Assembly (NCBI GenBank): GCA_937873795.1
Contig: CALMWE010000197.1
Location: 1-43,993, forward strand
Length of the DNA stretch: 43,993 nt
Source of the DNA: an uncultured Bacillales bacterium
GTDB lineage: Bacteria > Bacillota_I > Bacilli_A > RFN20 > CAG-826
Direction of reading: 5' to 3'
Position numbers and translations under genes: made by a program. Below, piece after piece: positions 8,530 to 18,384 of this stretch (position 1 is its first letter; each line of letters starts with the position of its first letter). Below the pieces are notes generated by a model. That model searched no databases, had not been told where the DNA came from, and saw nothing but the letters and a program-made list of their open reading frames with translations.

Positions 8530-9153
8530 TTATTTTCGGAAATAGCGGTTAAATTTGACTTCGCGACCGATTGTGGTCGGATGACCATGACCGCTATAGA
8601 CGGCAAGGTCCTCAGGGAGTACGCGGAGTTTGTCCAAAGAGGATTCGACGCTGCGTTGGCTTCCGGTCGGCAAGTCGGTTCGGCCGATATCGCCGCGGAA
8701 CAAGGTGTCACCGGTAAATAACGCATTCAAGTCTTTAAACCAATAACAGACGCTGCCTTTGGTATGAAACGGCGTGGCTACGGTTTGAATGGATTGCCCC
8801 AATAGATGAAGCTCCTCATCATCGCCGAAGGTGACCGGTTCAGCTTTTGAAATCACGCTTTTTCCATAGGAAGCGGAGCCGTTGTAGCGCGTATTGTGCA
8901 AGAACGAGGCATCATTTTCATGGATATAGACGGGACAATGGAAAGCCTCCACCAAAAAGTCGACACCGCCCATATGGTCGAAGTGGCCATGGGTCAATAA
9001 AACGGCTTCCACGCCCGAAAACTCGGACTGGATGGAAGTCGCCAGTTCGCCCGAGGCAATGCCGGGATCGATGACGATGACTTTTTCGCCTTTATTCCCG
9101 ATTAAATAGGTATTTCCCGAGAATTGGCGGTAGACAATAGGGATGATTTCCAT
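8530..9153 (-). CDS. MBL-fold metallo-hydrolase (glyoxalase II-like)
   Basis: The HxHxDH motif LLTHGHFDHMGG is present, with downstream His/Asp ligands (TPFHTKGS, GDTLF, GHG). I placed the start at the ATG at 9153 (MEIIPIV...). The ORF-track GTG at 9180 lies inside the rpmG terminator stem. There is no obvious Shine-Dalgarno. Confidence 0.8.
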   Translation of the reverse strand: MEIIPIVYRQFSGNTYLIGNKGEKVIVIDPGIASGELATSIQSEFSGVEAVLLTHGHFDHMGGVDFLVEAFHCPVYIHENDASFLHNTRYNGSASYGKSVISKAEPVTFGDDEELHLLGQSIQTVATPFHTKGSVCYWFKDLNALFTGDTLFRGDIGRTDLPTGSQRSVESSLDKLRVLPEDLAVYSGHGHPTTIGREVKFNRYFRK

Positions 9154-9160
9154 AGTAGGT

Positions 9161-9187
9161 AAGAAAAAATAAGGGCGCACCCTTATT
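9161..9187 (-). terminator. Rho-independent terminator overlapping the rpmG stop codon
   Basis: The minus strand reads AATAAGGG-tgcg-CCCTTATT followed by TTTTTC. The stem includes the TAA of rpmG. Confidence 0.6.
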
Positions 9188-9332
9188 TCTTTTCTTTGTG
9201 GACAGTCTCTTTATTGCAACGGGGGCAGAATTTCTTAATCTCCATCCGGTCTGGATGAGTACGTCTATTCTTGGTGCTGATGTAGTTTTCTTCACCGCAC
9301 ACCGTGCATTTTAAGATAATATTCTCACGCAT
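9183..9332 (-). CDS. rpmG: 50S ribosomal protein L33 (Zn-ribbon C+ form)
   Basis: Below the ORF-track size cutoff. Manual translation gives [49 protein letters not shown] (49 aa), preceded by a GGAGGTG RBS. Confidence 0.9.
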   Translation of the reverse strand: MRENIILKCTVCGEENYISTKNRRTHPDRMEIKKFCPRCNKETVHKEKK

Positions 9333-9362
9333 GACTGACACCTCCGATTTGATTGCGTGCTT

Positions 9363-9371
9363 ATTCTATCA
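9363..9371 (-). promoter_or_regulatory. Candidate extended -10 promoter (TGaTAGAAT) for rpmG
   Basis: The minus strand reads ccgTGaTAGAATaagc about 30 nt upstream of the rpmG ATG. Confidence 0.4.
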
Positions 9372-9446
9372 CGGAAAGAATGAGATATCTAGTAAAATAT
9401 CGTAAATCCGTTTATTATCAAATAGCCTTATCTCAAATCCAGTCGA

Positions 9447-9455
9447 TGATATAAT
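9447..9455 (+). promoter_or_regulatory. Candidate extended -10 promoter (TGaTATAAT) for ispG
   Basis: Reads gaTGaTATAATaagcaaaggtgataaaATG. The -35 is weak. Confidence 0.4.
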
Positions 9456-9471
9456 AAGCAAAGGTGATAAA

Positions 9472-10524
9472 ATGACAAAACGAACACAAACTCGCCCGGT
9501 TACCATAGGTAGCCTGCAAATGGGTGGCCAAAACAAAGTGCTCATCCAATCGATGTGCACGATCAAAACCGAACAGGTCGACGAAGTCGCAGCCCAAATC
9601 AATGAACTCGCCGCCTATGGCGCGGATTTAATGCGCCTTTCGGTCATGGATGAAGCCGACGCCCACGCCATCAAGGCGATTAAAGCCAAAGTTTCGATTC
9701 CGTTAGTCGCGGATATCCACTTCGATTACCGGTTGGCGCTTTTAGCCATCGAAAACGGCATCGACAAGATCCGCATCAATCCCGGCAATATCGGTTCGAC
9801 CGAAAATATCAAAAAAGTCGTGGAAGCCTGCAAAGCGCACCATGTTCCCATCCGCATCGGCGTCAACTCTGGTTCACTGGATAAGACGATTCACGCCTAC
9901 GATTCGCATTACACCGCTCAAAAACTCGTCGACTCGGCCATGAAGCATGTCCGCATCCTCGAAGACCTTGATTTCCATGATATCGTCCTTTCCCTTAAGG
10001 GAAGCGACGTCTTGGAAACCATCGAAGCCTACCGTTTGGCCGCAAAAACATTCCCGTATCCGCTACATTTAGGCATTACCGAAGCCGGAACGAAAGATGT
10101 TGGCATCATCCGCTCGGTCGCGGGCCTTGCCCCGTTACTGCTTGAAGGTATCGGCGACACGATTCGTATTTCTCTAACCGCCGACCCTAAAGAAGAAATC
10201 ATTGCCGCCAAACGCTTACTCCACGATATCGGTTTGTATCCCGACTATCCCACGCTTGTGTCCTGCCCAACCTGCGGACGGACCCAGGTGGATGTCAAAG
10301 ATTTAGCGGAAGCCACCCTCCGTTATCTCGAGGCAAGCCATAAGACCGTGACCGTCGCGGTCATGGGATGCGTCGTCAACGGACCTGGGGAAGCCAAAAA
10401 CGCCGACCTGGGCATCGCCGGAGGCAAACACGAATGGGTCATCTTCAAAAAAGGTAAAATCATTCGCACGGTCAAAGAAGCCGACGCCTTCAAAGCATTG
10501 AAAGAAGAAATTGATTCCTTATAA
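9472..10524 (+). CDS. ispG: 4-hydroxy-3-methylbut-2-en-1-yl diphosphate synthase (MEP pathway)
   Basis: Shows the IspG pattern TRPVTIGSLQMGGQNKVLIQSM, RINPGNIG and the C-terminal Fe-S Cys motif SCPTCGRT...GCVVNGPGE. Confidence 0.92.
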   Translation: MTKRTQTRPVTIGSLQMGGQNKVLIQSMCTIKTEQVDEVAAQINELAAYGADLMRLSVMDEADAHAIKAIKAKVSIPLVADIHFDYRLALLAIENGIDKIRINPGNIGSTENIKKVVEACKAHHVPIRIGVNSGSLDKTIHAYDSHYTAQKLVDSAMKHVRILEDLDFHDIVLSLKGSDVLETIEAYRLAAKTFPYPLHLGITEAGTKDVGIIRSVAGLAPLLLEGIGDTIRISLTADPKEEIIAAKRLLHDIGLYPDYPTLVSCPTCGRTQVDVKDLAEATLRYLEASHKTVTVAVMGCVVNGPGEAKNADLGIAGGKHEWVIFKKGKIIRTVKEADAFKALKEEIDSL

Positions 10525-10526
10525 AG

Positions 10527-10553
10527 GAAAAGAGGCCCGAAAGCCTCTTTTTG
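10527..10553. terminator. Bidirectional terminator between the convergent ispG and nfo
   Basis: AGAGGC-ccgaaa-GCCTCT flanked by an A-rich left side and TTTT on the right. Confidence 0.7.
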
Positions 10554-10554
10554 G

Positions 10555-11439
10555 TTACATCGAATCGCGCCAATTGGGTATGAACTTTCCTGCTCGGAGC
10601 ATGGCAATTTCCTCTTTATAAGGTGGTTTGTCATTGAAATACGGCGTTTCCAAAATCTTGGGAACGTTTTTTAAGCGCGGATGGCTGACGTAACGATACA
10701 GGATATCGAATCCTAATTCGCCATAACCAAGATTTTCGTGACGGTCTTTGTGAGCACCGCGGACATTCTTGCTGTCGTTGACGTGCATCGCTAAGACATG
10801 GTCTAATCCAACCACACGGTCGAACTGGGCCAACAAGGCATCGGGGTCGGTAATATCGTATCCGGCATCGCTGATATGGCAAGTATCCATACAGACACCG
10901 AAACGTTCGGGTTTATCGACATGATCGAGCAAATAACGGATTTCTTCAAACGTCGCGCCGACCTCGCTGCCTTTGCCGGCCATCGTCTCAAGGGCGATCT
11001 TCACGTGTGTCTTATCGTCTGCCATCACTAAATTAAGGCCACGGACGACTTGTTGCAGTCCCGCTTCCGTTCCGGCTTTGACGTGAGAACCCGGATGGAG
11101 GACGAGAATGCCTAAGCCTAAGGCTTCGACGCGTTCAAGTTCCCTTTTTAAGAAGGTGACCGAAGCTTCGAAGAGGCTCGGATCGATGGTATTGCCCAAA
11201 TTGATGATATACGGAGCATGAACGATGATTTTAGTAGGATCAAGGCCAGCGTCTTTGATCGCCGCTTTGCCTTCTTCGACTTTTAAAGACGACACCGGAC
11301 GGCGGATGCTATTTTGCGGGGCGCCGGTATAAAGCATGAACGTGTTTGCGCCATAACTTAAGGCTTCTTTAACCGAACCTAAGTAGTAATCGGGGGCTTC
11401 GAGACTGACATGGGATCCGAGAATTAAGGGTTCACTCAT
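10555..11439 (-). CDS. nfo: Endonuclease IV (AP endonuclease)
   Basis: TIM-barrel endonuclease IV motifs are present: HAPYIINL, LVLHPGSH, ETMAGKGSE, CMDTCH and HVNDSK. It sits downstream of the cshB homologue, as with B. subtilis yqfR-yqfS. Confidence 0.9.
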   Translation of the reverse strand: MSEPLILGSHVSLEAPDYYLGSVKEALSYGANTFMLYTGAPQNSIRRPVSSLKVEEGKAAIKDAGLDPTKIIVHAPYIINLGNTIDPSLFEASVTFLKRELERVEALGLGILVLHPGSHVKAGTEAGLQQVVRGLNLVMADDKTHVKIALETMAGKGSEVGATFEEIRYLLDHVDKPERFGVCMDTCHISDAGYDITDPDALLAQFDRVVGLDHVLAMHVNDSKNVRGAHKDRHENLGYGELGFDILYRYVSHPRLKNVPKILETPYFNDKPPYKEEIAMLRAGKFIPNWRDSM

Positions 11440-12803
11440 TCTTTGGGCTCCTTTGCTTGCATTTTGTAGCGTTCGACTTGTTGCCGACGGATATCGCGTT
11501 TGATGACTTTGCGGCGATGGCGTGCTTTAGCACGTTCCACCGCAACGCGGACTTTCCGTTTATAACCGGGTTTGACGACTTTTGAAGAGGCCATGCCGGC
11601 GGCTTTTTTGATTTCTTTTTCAAGTTCGGGGTTTTTCTTCTTGCGGAATTTGGGGGCGGCCGGGACAATCGGCTTGCCTTCGACCAGGTCACCGTCTTTG
11701 AAAATCAGGAACGAGCCTTTGGTGCCCATATCGAGGATTTTTTGGACTCCGGTGGTTAGATCATTATCATAGAACGTAAAGCATTGGCCGTCTTTGCCGT
11801 TTCTGCCGGTACGTCCCGCACGGTGATAGTAGAATTCGAGGTTCTTGGGTAAATCGACGTTGAGAATGTCGCTGACATCTTCAATGTCAATGCCACGGCT
11901 CGCCATATCGCTGGCCACGATGACATTGAATTCGTTGGCGTGAATCCGTTTCATCACGGATTTGCGTTCGCGGACTTCAAGATCGCCATGGATCATCGCC
12001 GCTTTGATGGATTGGGAACGAAGATATTCGTAAATCGACTCCACCGTTTCTTTCTTTGAGGCGAAAATCAATAAAAGGTATGGGTTTTTGATATGAATGA
12101 ACTCTTTGACACATTCTTTGAGGTCGCGGTGACGGGTATCGATGAAATAATGACGGACTTTGCCGGCGGTCAATTCTTTACCCGAGACTTCGATGACGTG
12201 TTTGGCTTCGACGTATTTTTCAAGCGCTGAAGCAAGCTTTTCGGGAATCGTCGCCGAGAACACCAACATTTGCGGCTTGGTCAAATTCGAGATAATCACG
12301 TTGATATCGTTAAAGAAGCCCATTTCCATGAGCATGTCGGCTTCATCGAGGACAAACGTCTTGGCGGTTAAGAAGTTGATGACCTTCTCTTTGACCGCTA
12401 AATCGTGGAGTCTTCCCGGAGTGGCAATAATCAAATGGGGAACGCGGGCCAACTTTTCAATCGTCCGGGTCCGTTCTTCGCCGGCGGACAATAAAAGAAT
12501 GCGCAGCGCAGGGTACGAAACATTGAATTTGCGGGCAAAGTCATAGGTTTGCTTTGCAAGTTCCCGGGTCGGGGCGACGATGACGGCTTGGATTTCTCTA
12601 CTTTCCAGGTCGATTTTTTCGATAATCGGGATTAAAAAAGAGTGGGTTTTACCGCTGCCGGTCGGGCTGCGGGCAACCAGACTTTCACCGCGAAGGGCGG
12701 CGGGAATCACCGCATCTTGGATGGGGGTCGGCGAAACGTAACCCTGACTTTTCAGGGCATCAATCATTTTTTTACTAAGAGCGTAACTGGCAAATGAGGG
12801 CAT
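11436..12803 (-). CDS. cshB: DEAD-box ATP-dependent RNA helicase (CshB-like) with a basic C-terminal tail
   Basis: Has a Q-motif (TPIQ), SPTGSGKT, VLDEADMLM (DEAD), SAT, and ASDMASRGIDI / HRAGRTGR. There is a 4-nt ATGA overlap with nfo. Confidence 0.85.
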   Translation of the reverse strand: MPSFASYALSKKMIDALKSQGYVSPTPIQDAVIPAALRGESLVARSPTGSGKTHSFLIPIIEKIDLESREIQAVIVAPTRELAKQTYDFARKFNVSYPALRILLLSAGEERTRTIEKLARVPHLIIATPGRLHDLAVKEKVINFLTAKTFVLDEADMLMEMGFFNDINVIISNLTKPQMLVFSATIPEKLASALEKYVEAKHVIEVSGKELTAGKVRHYFIDTRHRDLKECVKEFIHIKNPYLLLIFASKKETVESIYEYLRSQSIKAAMIHGDLEVRERKSVMKRIHANEFNVIVASDMASRGIDIEDVSDILNVDLPKNLEFYYHRAGRTGRNGKDGQCFTFYDNDLTTGVQKILDMGTKGSFLIFKDGDLVEGKPIVPAAPKFRKKKNPELEKEIKKAAGMASSKVVKPGYKRKVRVAVERAKARHRRKVIKRDIRRQQVERYKMQAKEPKE

Positions 12804-12881
12804 AAGGATTCTCCTTCCGCTTCATTATACACGAATGCGTGCGAAACCCGTTTATGATAAACTTAAAAATAGGTGATATCA

Positions 12882-13751
12882 ATGAATGTCCACGTGACCA
12901 ACCCGCATGGTTATTGCATGGGGGTCATCTCCGCGATCGATATGGCCAAGGCCACTAAGAAACAATTCCCGGATCGTCCGGTCGTTGTTTTAGGCATGTT
13001 GGTCCATAACCGCGAAGTCGTCGAACTTCTTGCAAAGCAAGGAATCGAAACCCTGCAAGATCCCGAAAAGAGCCTTGAAGCCCTGCTTTTAAGTGTGGAC
13101 CCCAAAGCCATCGTCATCTTCACCGCTCACGGCCATGACCGAAAATTGGAAAAGATTGCCCGTGAACGTGGCATTGAATTCCGTGATGCCACCTGCGTCA
13201 AGGTATCCAAGAACATGGACATCATCGAAGCGGCCTTAAAAGATGGCCATGACGTCCTTTATATCGGAAAACGCAATCACCCCGAAACCACCGCCGCGCT
13301 TTCGCTCGGAAAACGCGTCTTTTTGCTCGATAAAGACATTCCTTTTGATTACGAAAAAGTTAAAGACCCAAGCCCCTTGGTTGTAAACCAAACGACGCTT
13401 TCGTTCTTGGAACTCGCCCATATCCACGCCGACATCACCGCCCATCTCCCCGATGCTCGGGTGCTTGATGAGATTTGCTCCGCCACCCGTCTTCGCCAAC
13501 AAGCGGTCCTCGATATCCCCGAAGACGTCGAAGCCATTTTCATTGTCGGGTCACCGGAGTCCGCCAACACGGAAAAGCTCGCTGAAGTCGCTAGATTAAG
13601 CCACCCTCGTGCCAGAGTCATCAAAATAAAAACGGTTGCCGATATCGACAGCCGTCCTTATAGTTCTTCTTCGAAGGTCGCCGTCGCCAGTGGCGCTTCT
13701 ACCCCGCTGGAAACGACGGAAAATGTCATCAAACTGTTAAAAAGTATCTAA
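12882..13751 (+). CDS. ispH: 4-hydroxy-3-methylbut-2-enyl diphosphate reductase (MEP pathway)
   Basis: Shows the IspH pattern PHGYCMGV, HN..VV, TAHG and NQTT. I placed the start at the ATG at 12882, 5 nt after AGGTGA. The ORF-track GTG at 12873 overlaps the RBS. Confidence 0.9.
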   Translation: MNVHVTNPHGYCMGVISAIDMAKATKKQFPDRPVVVLGMLVHNREVVELLAKQGIETLQDPEKSLEALLLSVDPKAIVIFTAHGHDRKLEKIARERGIEFRDATCVKVSKNMDIIEAALKDGHDVLYIGKRNHPETTAALSLGKRVFLLDKDIPFDYEKVKDPSPLVVNQTTLSFLELAHIHADITAHLPDARVLDEICSATRLRQQAVLDIPEDVEAIFIVGSPESANTEKLAEVARLSHPRARVIKIKTVADIDSRPYSSSSKVAVASGASTPLETTENVIKLLKSI

Positions 13752-13752
13752 T

Positions 13753-14523
13753 TTAGATAACTTCAGGCAATTCTTCGTGATCGATGGTCACGATGTTTAA
13801 ACTCGGATCAATCTCCAAAAGCCGTTTTTTCATCGTGGGAATGAAGATGCGTTCAATTTCATGAGGCAAATCCAAATAGTTATAACCATCGACGACAATT
13901 CCTCGCCGGACATGGTGAGGAGCGTCGCCGGAAATGAAAAGGTCGATGTTTTCAGTTTGTGCGATTGAATAAGTCCGGGAGCCTCCGCCGCCAACGATGG
14001 CAACAGACGAAATTATAGGCTTGCCTTTGGCAATCAATAAACCGTAGTCGACATTTAGTAGTTTTTTAGCATATTTTGCAAAGGCTTTGACCGCCATCGG
14101 CTCGCTTAAACTTCCCGCCCTAGCCATGGGATCGCCGATTAATGGATGAATGTCGGAAAGTTTCAAAGCTTCCACTAAGGCATCGTTCATGCCGCCCTGC
14201 CCTTCGTCAAAGTTCGTGTGATAGGACAAGACGCACATCTCTTTAGCTTCGAGGGTCTCTACGAGTTCTTTGCGTTTGGGGTCATTTTTAAAGACTTGAG
14301 CCCGACTTTTATAAATAAACGGATGGTGGGTGATGATCAAATCGGGCATTTCGGCAAGGACGCGGTCCAAGATGGTGTTATCCATATCGAGGCATAAAAC
14401 GATCTTTTGGGTTGTTTCCGGAAGGACACCGCACATTAAACCGACCTTGTCACCATACTTTTTGGCGATGCTTTTGGGAAAGCGTTTGGCTAGTTTCGCT
14501 AAAAGCGAACGGGATTTAATCAT
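13753..14523 (-). CDS. Nif3-family dinuclear metal-centre protein (short form, YqfO/YbgI-like)
   Basis: Has conserved ITHHP, YHTNFD and SGD..HH motifs. It occupies the position after trmK and sigA, as yqfO does in B. subtilis. There is an ATGA overlap with trmK. Confidence 0.8.
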   Translation of the reverse strand: MIKSRSLLAKLAKRFPKSIAKKYGDKVGLMCGVLPETTQKIVLCLDMDNTILDRVLAEMPDLIITHHPFIYKSRAQVFKNDPKRKELVETLEAKEMCVLSYHTNFDEGQGGMNDALVEALKLSDIHPLIGDPMARAGSLSEPMAVKAFAKYAKKLLNVDYGLLIAKGKPIISSVAIVGGGGSRTYSIAQTENIDLFISGDAPHHVRRGIVVDGYNYLDLPHEIERIFIPTMKKRLLEIDPSLNIVTIDHEELPEVI

Positions 14524-15182
14524 AGGTTATCCAACCTTTCTTTTTCGTTTTGGAGTTCTTCTCGACGTTTTTCCGAGATGTCTTTCTTTAGAAGTTCTTC
14601 GACTGCGGCTTTTCTTGAAGTCCAGTGACGGACAAACACCTGGCCTCTGGCTTTTCTGAGGATGGGTCCATACAGGAGATCAAGATCGCTAAGGTCTTGT
14701 GAGCCCCGCTCTGCTTGAATGATTTCATAAACGTGGCGTTTTTCTTCCACCATCGTCTCGCCGATAATGGCAAAACCGAGGGTATTTATGGCTTTTCGCA
14801 CTTCCGGGACATCGGTGTTGGGTGCCAAAATCAGCATTTTGACGTTTTTCAAGCGTTCTGGCTGACTTTTGAGGATGGAGACGATTAACTCCCCTCCCAT
14901 ACCGGCAACGACGACAGTATCGATTGTTTCGGGGAGGTGGCTGATTCCGTCGGCAAGCTCCACCGCAATGGTTTTGGATAAGCCTTGTTTTTCGACGGCT
15001 TGGCGCAAGATAGCAAAAGGTCCTGCCTTGTTCTCACAGGCATAACCTTTTTGGATGCGTCCTTGTTCGCAAAGCGAAAGGATCAATTGGCCATGGTCGG
15101 CTCCGATGTCGGCGACGACGCTATGGGGAAAGACAAAATCACCAACGGCTTTAAGCCGCGGGCTCAAAGCGATGGGTTTCAT
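14520..15182 (-). CDS. trmK: tRNA (adenine22-N1)-methyltransferase TrmK
   Basis: The SAM-binding start is VADIGADHG, with VVAGMGG also present. It sits in the yqfN position immediately after sigA, with a 1-nt overlap with the sigA stop. Confidence 0.8.
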   Translation of the reverse strand: MKPIALSPRLKAVGDFVFPHSVVADIGADHGQLILSLCEQGRIQKGYACENKAGPFAILRQAVEKQGLSKTIAVELADGISHLPETIDTVVVAGMGGELIVSILKSQPERLKNVKMLILAPNTDVPEVRKAINTLGFAIIGETMVEEKRHVYEIIQAERGSQDLSDLDLLYGPILRKARGQVFVRHWTSRKAAVEELLKKDISEKRREELQNEKERLDNL

Positions 15183-16534
15183 TATTTGTTGTCGCGATAA
15201 TCGCCGAGGCGTTTGGCGCGTGTCGGGTGACGGAGTTTGCGGATCGCTTTGGCTTCGATTTGCCGAATACGTTCACGGGTAACCCCGAATTCCTTGCCCA
15301 CTTCTTCCAACGTTCTGGGGCGGTTGTCGTCAAGGCCGTAGCGTAAACGCAAGACGCGTTCTTCGCGGTCGGTCAGGTCTTTCATGATGTCATAAAGTTC
15401 GTCTTTCAAAAGCGACTTGGTCGTGAATTCGCTGGGCGATTGAGCGTCTTTATCTTCGATAAAATCGCCAAGGTGGGAATCATCTTCTTCACCGATCGGG
15501 GTTTCCAAGGACACCGGTTCAAGGGCAATCCGTTGAATTTCGCGGATACGTTCCGGAGACATGATGCCTTCGAGTTTGGCGGAAATTTCTTCGGCGGTCG
15601 GTTCACGGCCCAAATCTTGGACCAATTGACGTTGGACGCGGGTCATCTTGTTGATGGTTTCGACCATGTGGACCGGAATACGGATGGTACGGGCTTGGTC
15701 GGCAATGGCACGCGTAATGGCTTGACGGATCCACCACGTCGCATAGGTCGAAAACTTGAAGCCTTTGGTGTAGTCGAATTTTTCGACCGCTTTAATAAGG
15801 CCCATGTTGCCTTCTTGGATGAGGTCGAGGAAAAGCATGCCGCGGCCGACATAGTGCTTGGCGATGCTGACGACCAGACGGAGGTTCGAGTTAATCAAAC
15901 GTTTTTTAGCTTCTTCATCGCCGGCGACGATGCGCTTGGCGATGTCGATTTCTTGGTCGGGTTTCAAAAGATCGACGCGGCCGATCTCTTTGAGATACAT
16001 CTTCACGGAGTCGGTAACTTTGACATCACCGCTCACGAATGTATCAATATGGTCGATGTCGATATCGACTTCTTCGGGAATGACGTCTTCGCCGACCACG
16101 CCGGTTTCGGCATCTTCGATCAACGTCGTCGAAATGTTCTTCTCAAGAAGTTTTTCATCGACGTTCATGCTTTCGATATCTTCGATATTCTCTTCGGTTT
16201 CTTCGCTGGCGACTTCGATGCCTTTGGATTTGAAGTATTCAATTAACTTCTCGGTATCATCGTCGCTGAGGTCTAAGTGGGCGATGGCGTCGAAAACATC
16301 TTCTTGATCGATGTAACCGGCGGATTTGCCTTTTTTTTCAAGACGTTTTTTGATTGTTTCGAGCGATTCGATTTCTTCTTCCGCGGGAATGGGAGCGTCT
16401 TCAATGGCTTGTTCGAGCGCTTCGACGGGCTCTTCGACTTTTGCCTTTTTCGGGGCTTTCGCTTTGGCGGGTTTAACGGCGACTTCTTCCTTCGCTTCGG
16501 CGACAGGTTTGGTTTTGGTGGTTTTCTTTTCCAT
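15182..16534 (-). CDS. sigA: Primary RNA polymerase sigma factor SigA/RpoD with a Lys/Ala/Glu-rich N-terminal extension
   Basis: Region 2 ([35 protein letters not shown]) and region 4 ([20 protein letters not shown]) are near-canonical. The gene follows dnaG. Confidence 0.92.
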   Translation of the reverse strand: MEKKTTKTKPVAEAKEEVAVKPAKAKAPKKAKVEEPVEALEQAIEDAPIPAEEEIESLETIKKRLEKKGKSAGYIDQEDVFDAIAHLDLSDDDTEKLIEYFKSKGIEVASEETEENIEDIESMNVDEKLLEKNISTTLIEDAETGVVGEDVIPEEVDIDIDHIDTFVSGDVKVTDSVKMYLKEIGRVDLLKPDQEIDIAKRIVAGDEEAKKRLINSNLRLVVSIAKHYVGRGMLFLDLIQEGNMGLIKAVEKFDYTKGFKFSTYATWWIRQAITRAIADQARTIRIPVHMVETINKMTRVQRQLVQDLGREPTAEEISAKLEGIMSPERIREIQRIALEPVSLETPIGEEDDSHLGDFIEDKDAQSPSEFTTKSLLKDELYDIMKDLTDREERVLRLRYGLDDNRPRTLEEVGKEFGVTRERIRQIEAKAIRKLRHPTRAKRLGDYRDNK

Positions 16535-16545
16535 TGTTGGACCTC

Positions 16546-18345
16546 CTATTTGTCCTTATCCTTGGGCTTTACCCGAGGAAATCTCTTGGCCATGTATTCG
16601 GCGGCGATGCGGCCCTGCTCTTCGGCAGATTTGCCCGCCATGGCACGGTTGACGACTTCTTTGTCATAGAACTTTTCGCGTTCTTCCAAGATGGTCGTGC
16701 GGTACTCTTCCATGACCTGGTCGGTGCATTCCGGATGCGTCTTCTCTAAAGAGATGGCTGTAATTTCATCTTGCATCTCCTGCTTGTGAGCCAATTCGCT
16801 TTGCGATAACTCAGAAAGCAGAGACGGTAGATCAATGCGTTCGTTTTTCATCTTGTACTCAACGACGAAGTTGGCAATATTGCGATACAACTCTTCGTAG
16901 AAGTACTCGACGCGGCTTGAGTAGAAATCGACGGCGTGCGGATCGTTGAGCATCATCGTCAGAAGCGCCCGTTCCGCGAGCTGATAGCGTTTGTAGGTGC
17001 GCCGCTCGGCATGGAACTCCGCCATGATGCCGACCGTGTCATGGTCGGTTTTGTCGCGAGCCCGGTTGACGATTTGCTTGATACTGTCGACGGAGAACTC
17101 AGAAACGCGGGATAATTCGTTGATGTATTCTTCGAATTCCAGCGGATTTGTCGCTCCGATGAGAATCGGAACGAAGTCGGCGACCAAGCGCTTTCTTTCT
17201 TCCATCGTCTTGAGCGTGTTGGTCTGTTTGTAAAAATTCAATGCGAACTCCGCCCGGTTGATCAGGCGGTTCATGTAAGCTTTTAAAGCTTCCGGCCCTT
17301 CTTCTTGAAGGATATCGTCGGGGTCGCGCTCATCGTTTTGGTTGTTGACGATGCGGTAACTCAGACGTTCCTCATTGAGCTGGGTAATAATCTTCATCAT
17401 CGCGCTTTGTCCGGCACGGTCACCGTCGAGACATAAACGGATTTCGACGCCCAGTTTACGTAGTAACGCAATGTGTTCTTTCGACATATTGGTGCCCATG
17501 AGGGCAACGGCACTTTCGATGCCCACTTTGGAAAGGGCATAAATATCCATGAAGCCTTCCAACACGTAGACATACCCGTCATGACGGGCCGTCCTGCGAG
17601 CGTTGTGATAGTTATAAAGTAACGTCGCTTTATGGAAAATCTTGGTTTCGGGAGTATTGATGTATTTGGCTTCGTCACTGTCGACGATGCGGCGTGCGGA
17701 GAAACCCACCACTTGACCATTGGGATCGGCAATCGGGAACATCACTCTTCCGGCATTACGGTCGGTCAAGTTGGAACCTAAGCCATTGGAGATACCGATG
17801 GCTTCGATAGTCTTAAGACTATGTCCTTTGTTGGTAAGGTACTGAATCGCTTTCTTGCCATCAGCTAAGGCATAACCCAATTGGTACTTGGAACGGACGG
17901 GCTCATCGAGGTTTCGTCCGTTTAAATAATCCAATCCGGCAGAGCCTTCAGGGGTCGATAAGCCATATTGGTAGAAAACAGCCAGATCGCTGATGCAACT
18001 ATATAAAGGAACGAGCGCAGCATCCACCGGCAGCGCCTTTTTGGTTTCCACCAGGCGCGGGTCGGTGAACCCGGCAATATCGGCAACTTTACGCACGGCA
18101 TCTCCAAAGGAGATTTTCTCATAGTCTTGGACGAACGAGATGGCGGTTCCGCCATGGCCGCAAACGAAGCATTTGAAGATTTGTTTATCTTTACTGATCA
18201 TCAACGAAGGATTCTTGTCGTCATGAAAAGGACACACGGCGACATAGTTGCGCCCCTTCTTGATGACATTGATGTAATTGGAGATAACGTCGACGATGTC
18301 GGTTTGCTTTAAAACGTCATCGACTAGTGTTCTTTCAAACGCCAT
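16546..18345 (-). CDS. dnaG: DNA primase
   Basis: N-terminal zinc finger [14 protein letters not shown]...[10 protein letters not shown], and a TOPRIM region ([15 protein letters not shown]). Confidence 0.92.
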   Translation of the reverse strand: MAFERTLVDDVLKQTDIVDVISNYINVIKKGRNYVAVCPFHDDKNPSLMISKDKQIFKCFVCGHGGTAISFVQDYEKISFGDAVRKVADIAGFTDPRLVETKKALPVDAALVPLYSCISDLAVFYQYGLSTPEGSAGLDYLNGRNLDEPVRSKYQLGYALADGKKAIQYLTNKGHSLKTIEAIGISNGLGSNLTDRNAGRVMFPIADPNGQVVGFSARRIVDSDEAKYINTPETKIFHKATLLYNYHNARRTARHDGYVYVLEGFMDIYALSKVGIESAVALMGTNMSKEHIALLRKLGVEIRLCLDGDRAGQSAMMKIITQLNEERLSYRIVNNQNDERDPDDILQEEGPEALKAYMNRLINRAEFALNFYKQTNTLKTMEERKRLVADFVPILIGATNPLEFEEYINELSRVSEFSVDSIKQIVNRARDKTDHDTVGIMAEFHAERRTYKRYQLAERALLTMMLNDPHAVDFYSSRVEYFYEELYRNIANFVVEYKMKNERIDLPSLLSELSQSELAHKQEMQDEITAISLEKTHPECTDQVMEEYRTTILEEREKFYDKEVVNRAMAGKSAEEQGRIAAEYMAKRFPRVKPKDKDK

Positions 18346-18384
18346 TTTTGTCCCCCTTTTGACTATTTATTTACTAACAAACTA

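Noticed and set aside
15440-16246. Long antisense ORFs opposite well-supported genes. Examples are the 268 aa ORF opposite sigA, 5002-5556 opposite parE, 35160-35810 opposite the Fic-like gene, 19102-19620 opposite glyQS, 20442-20996 opposite era/recO, 29575-30030 and 30419-30997 opposite dnaK, and 22346-22888 opposite the C39 gene.
   Set aside because: Their translations are low-complexity and rich in G/F/D/R/V, have no recognisable motifs or RBS, and exactly shadow genes with strong family signatures. This is the typical open antisense frame produced by codon bias.
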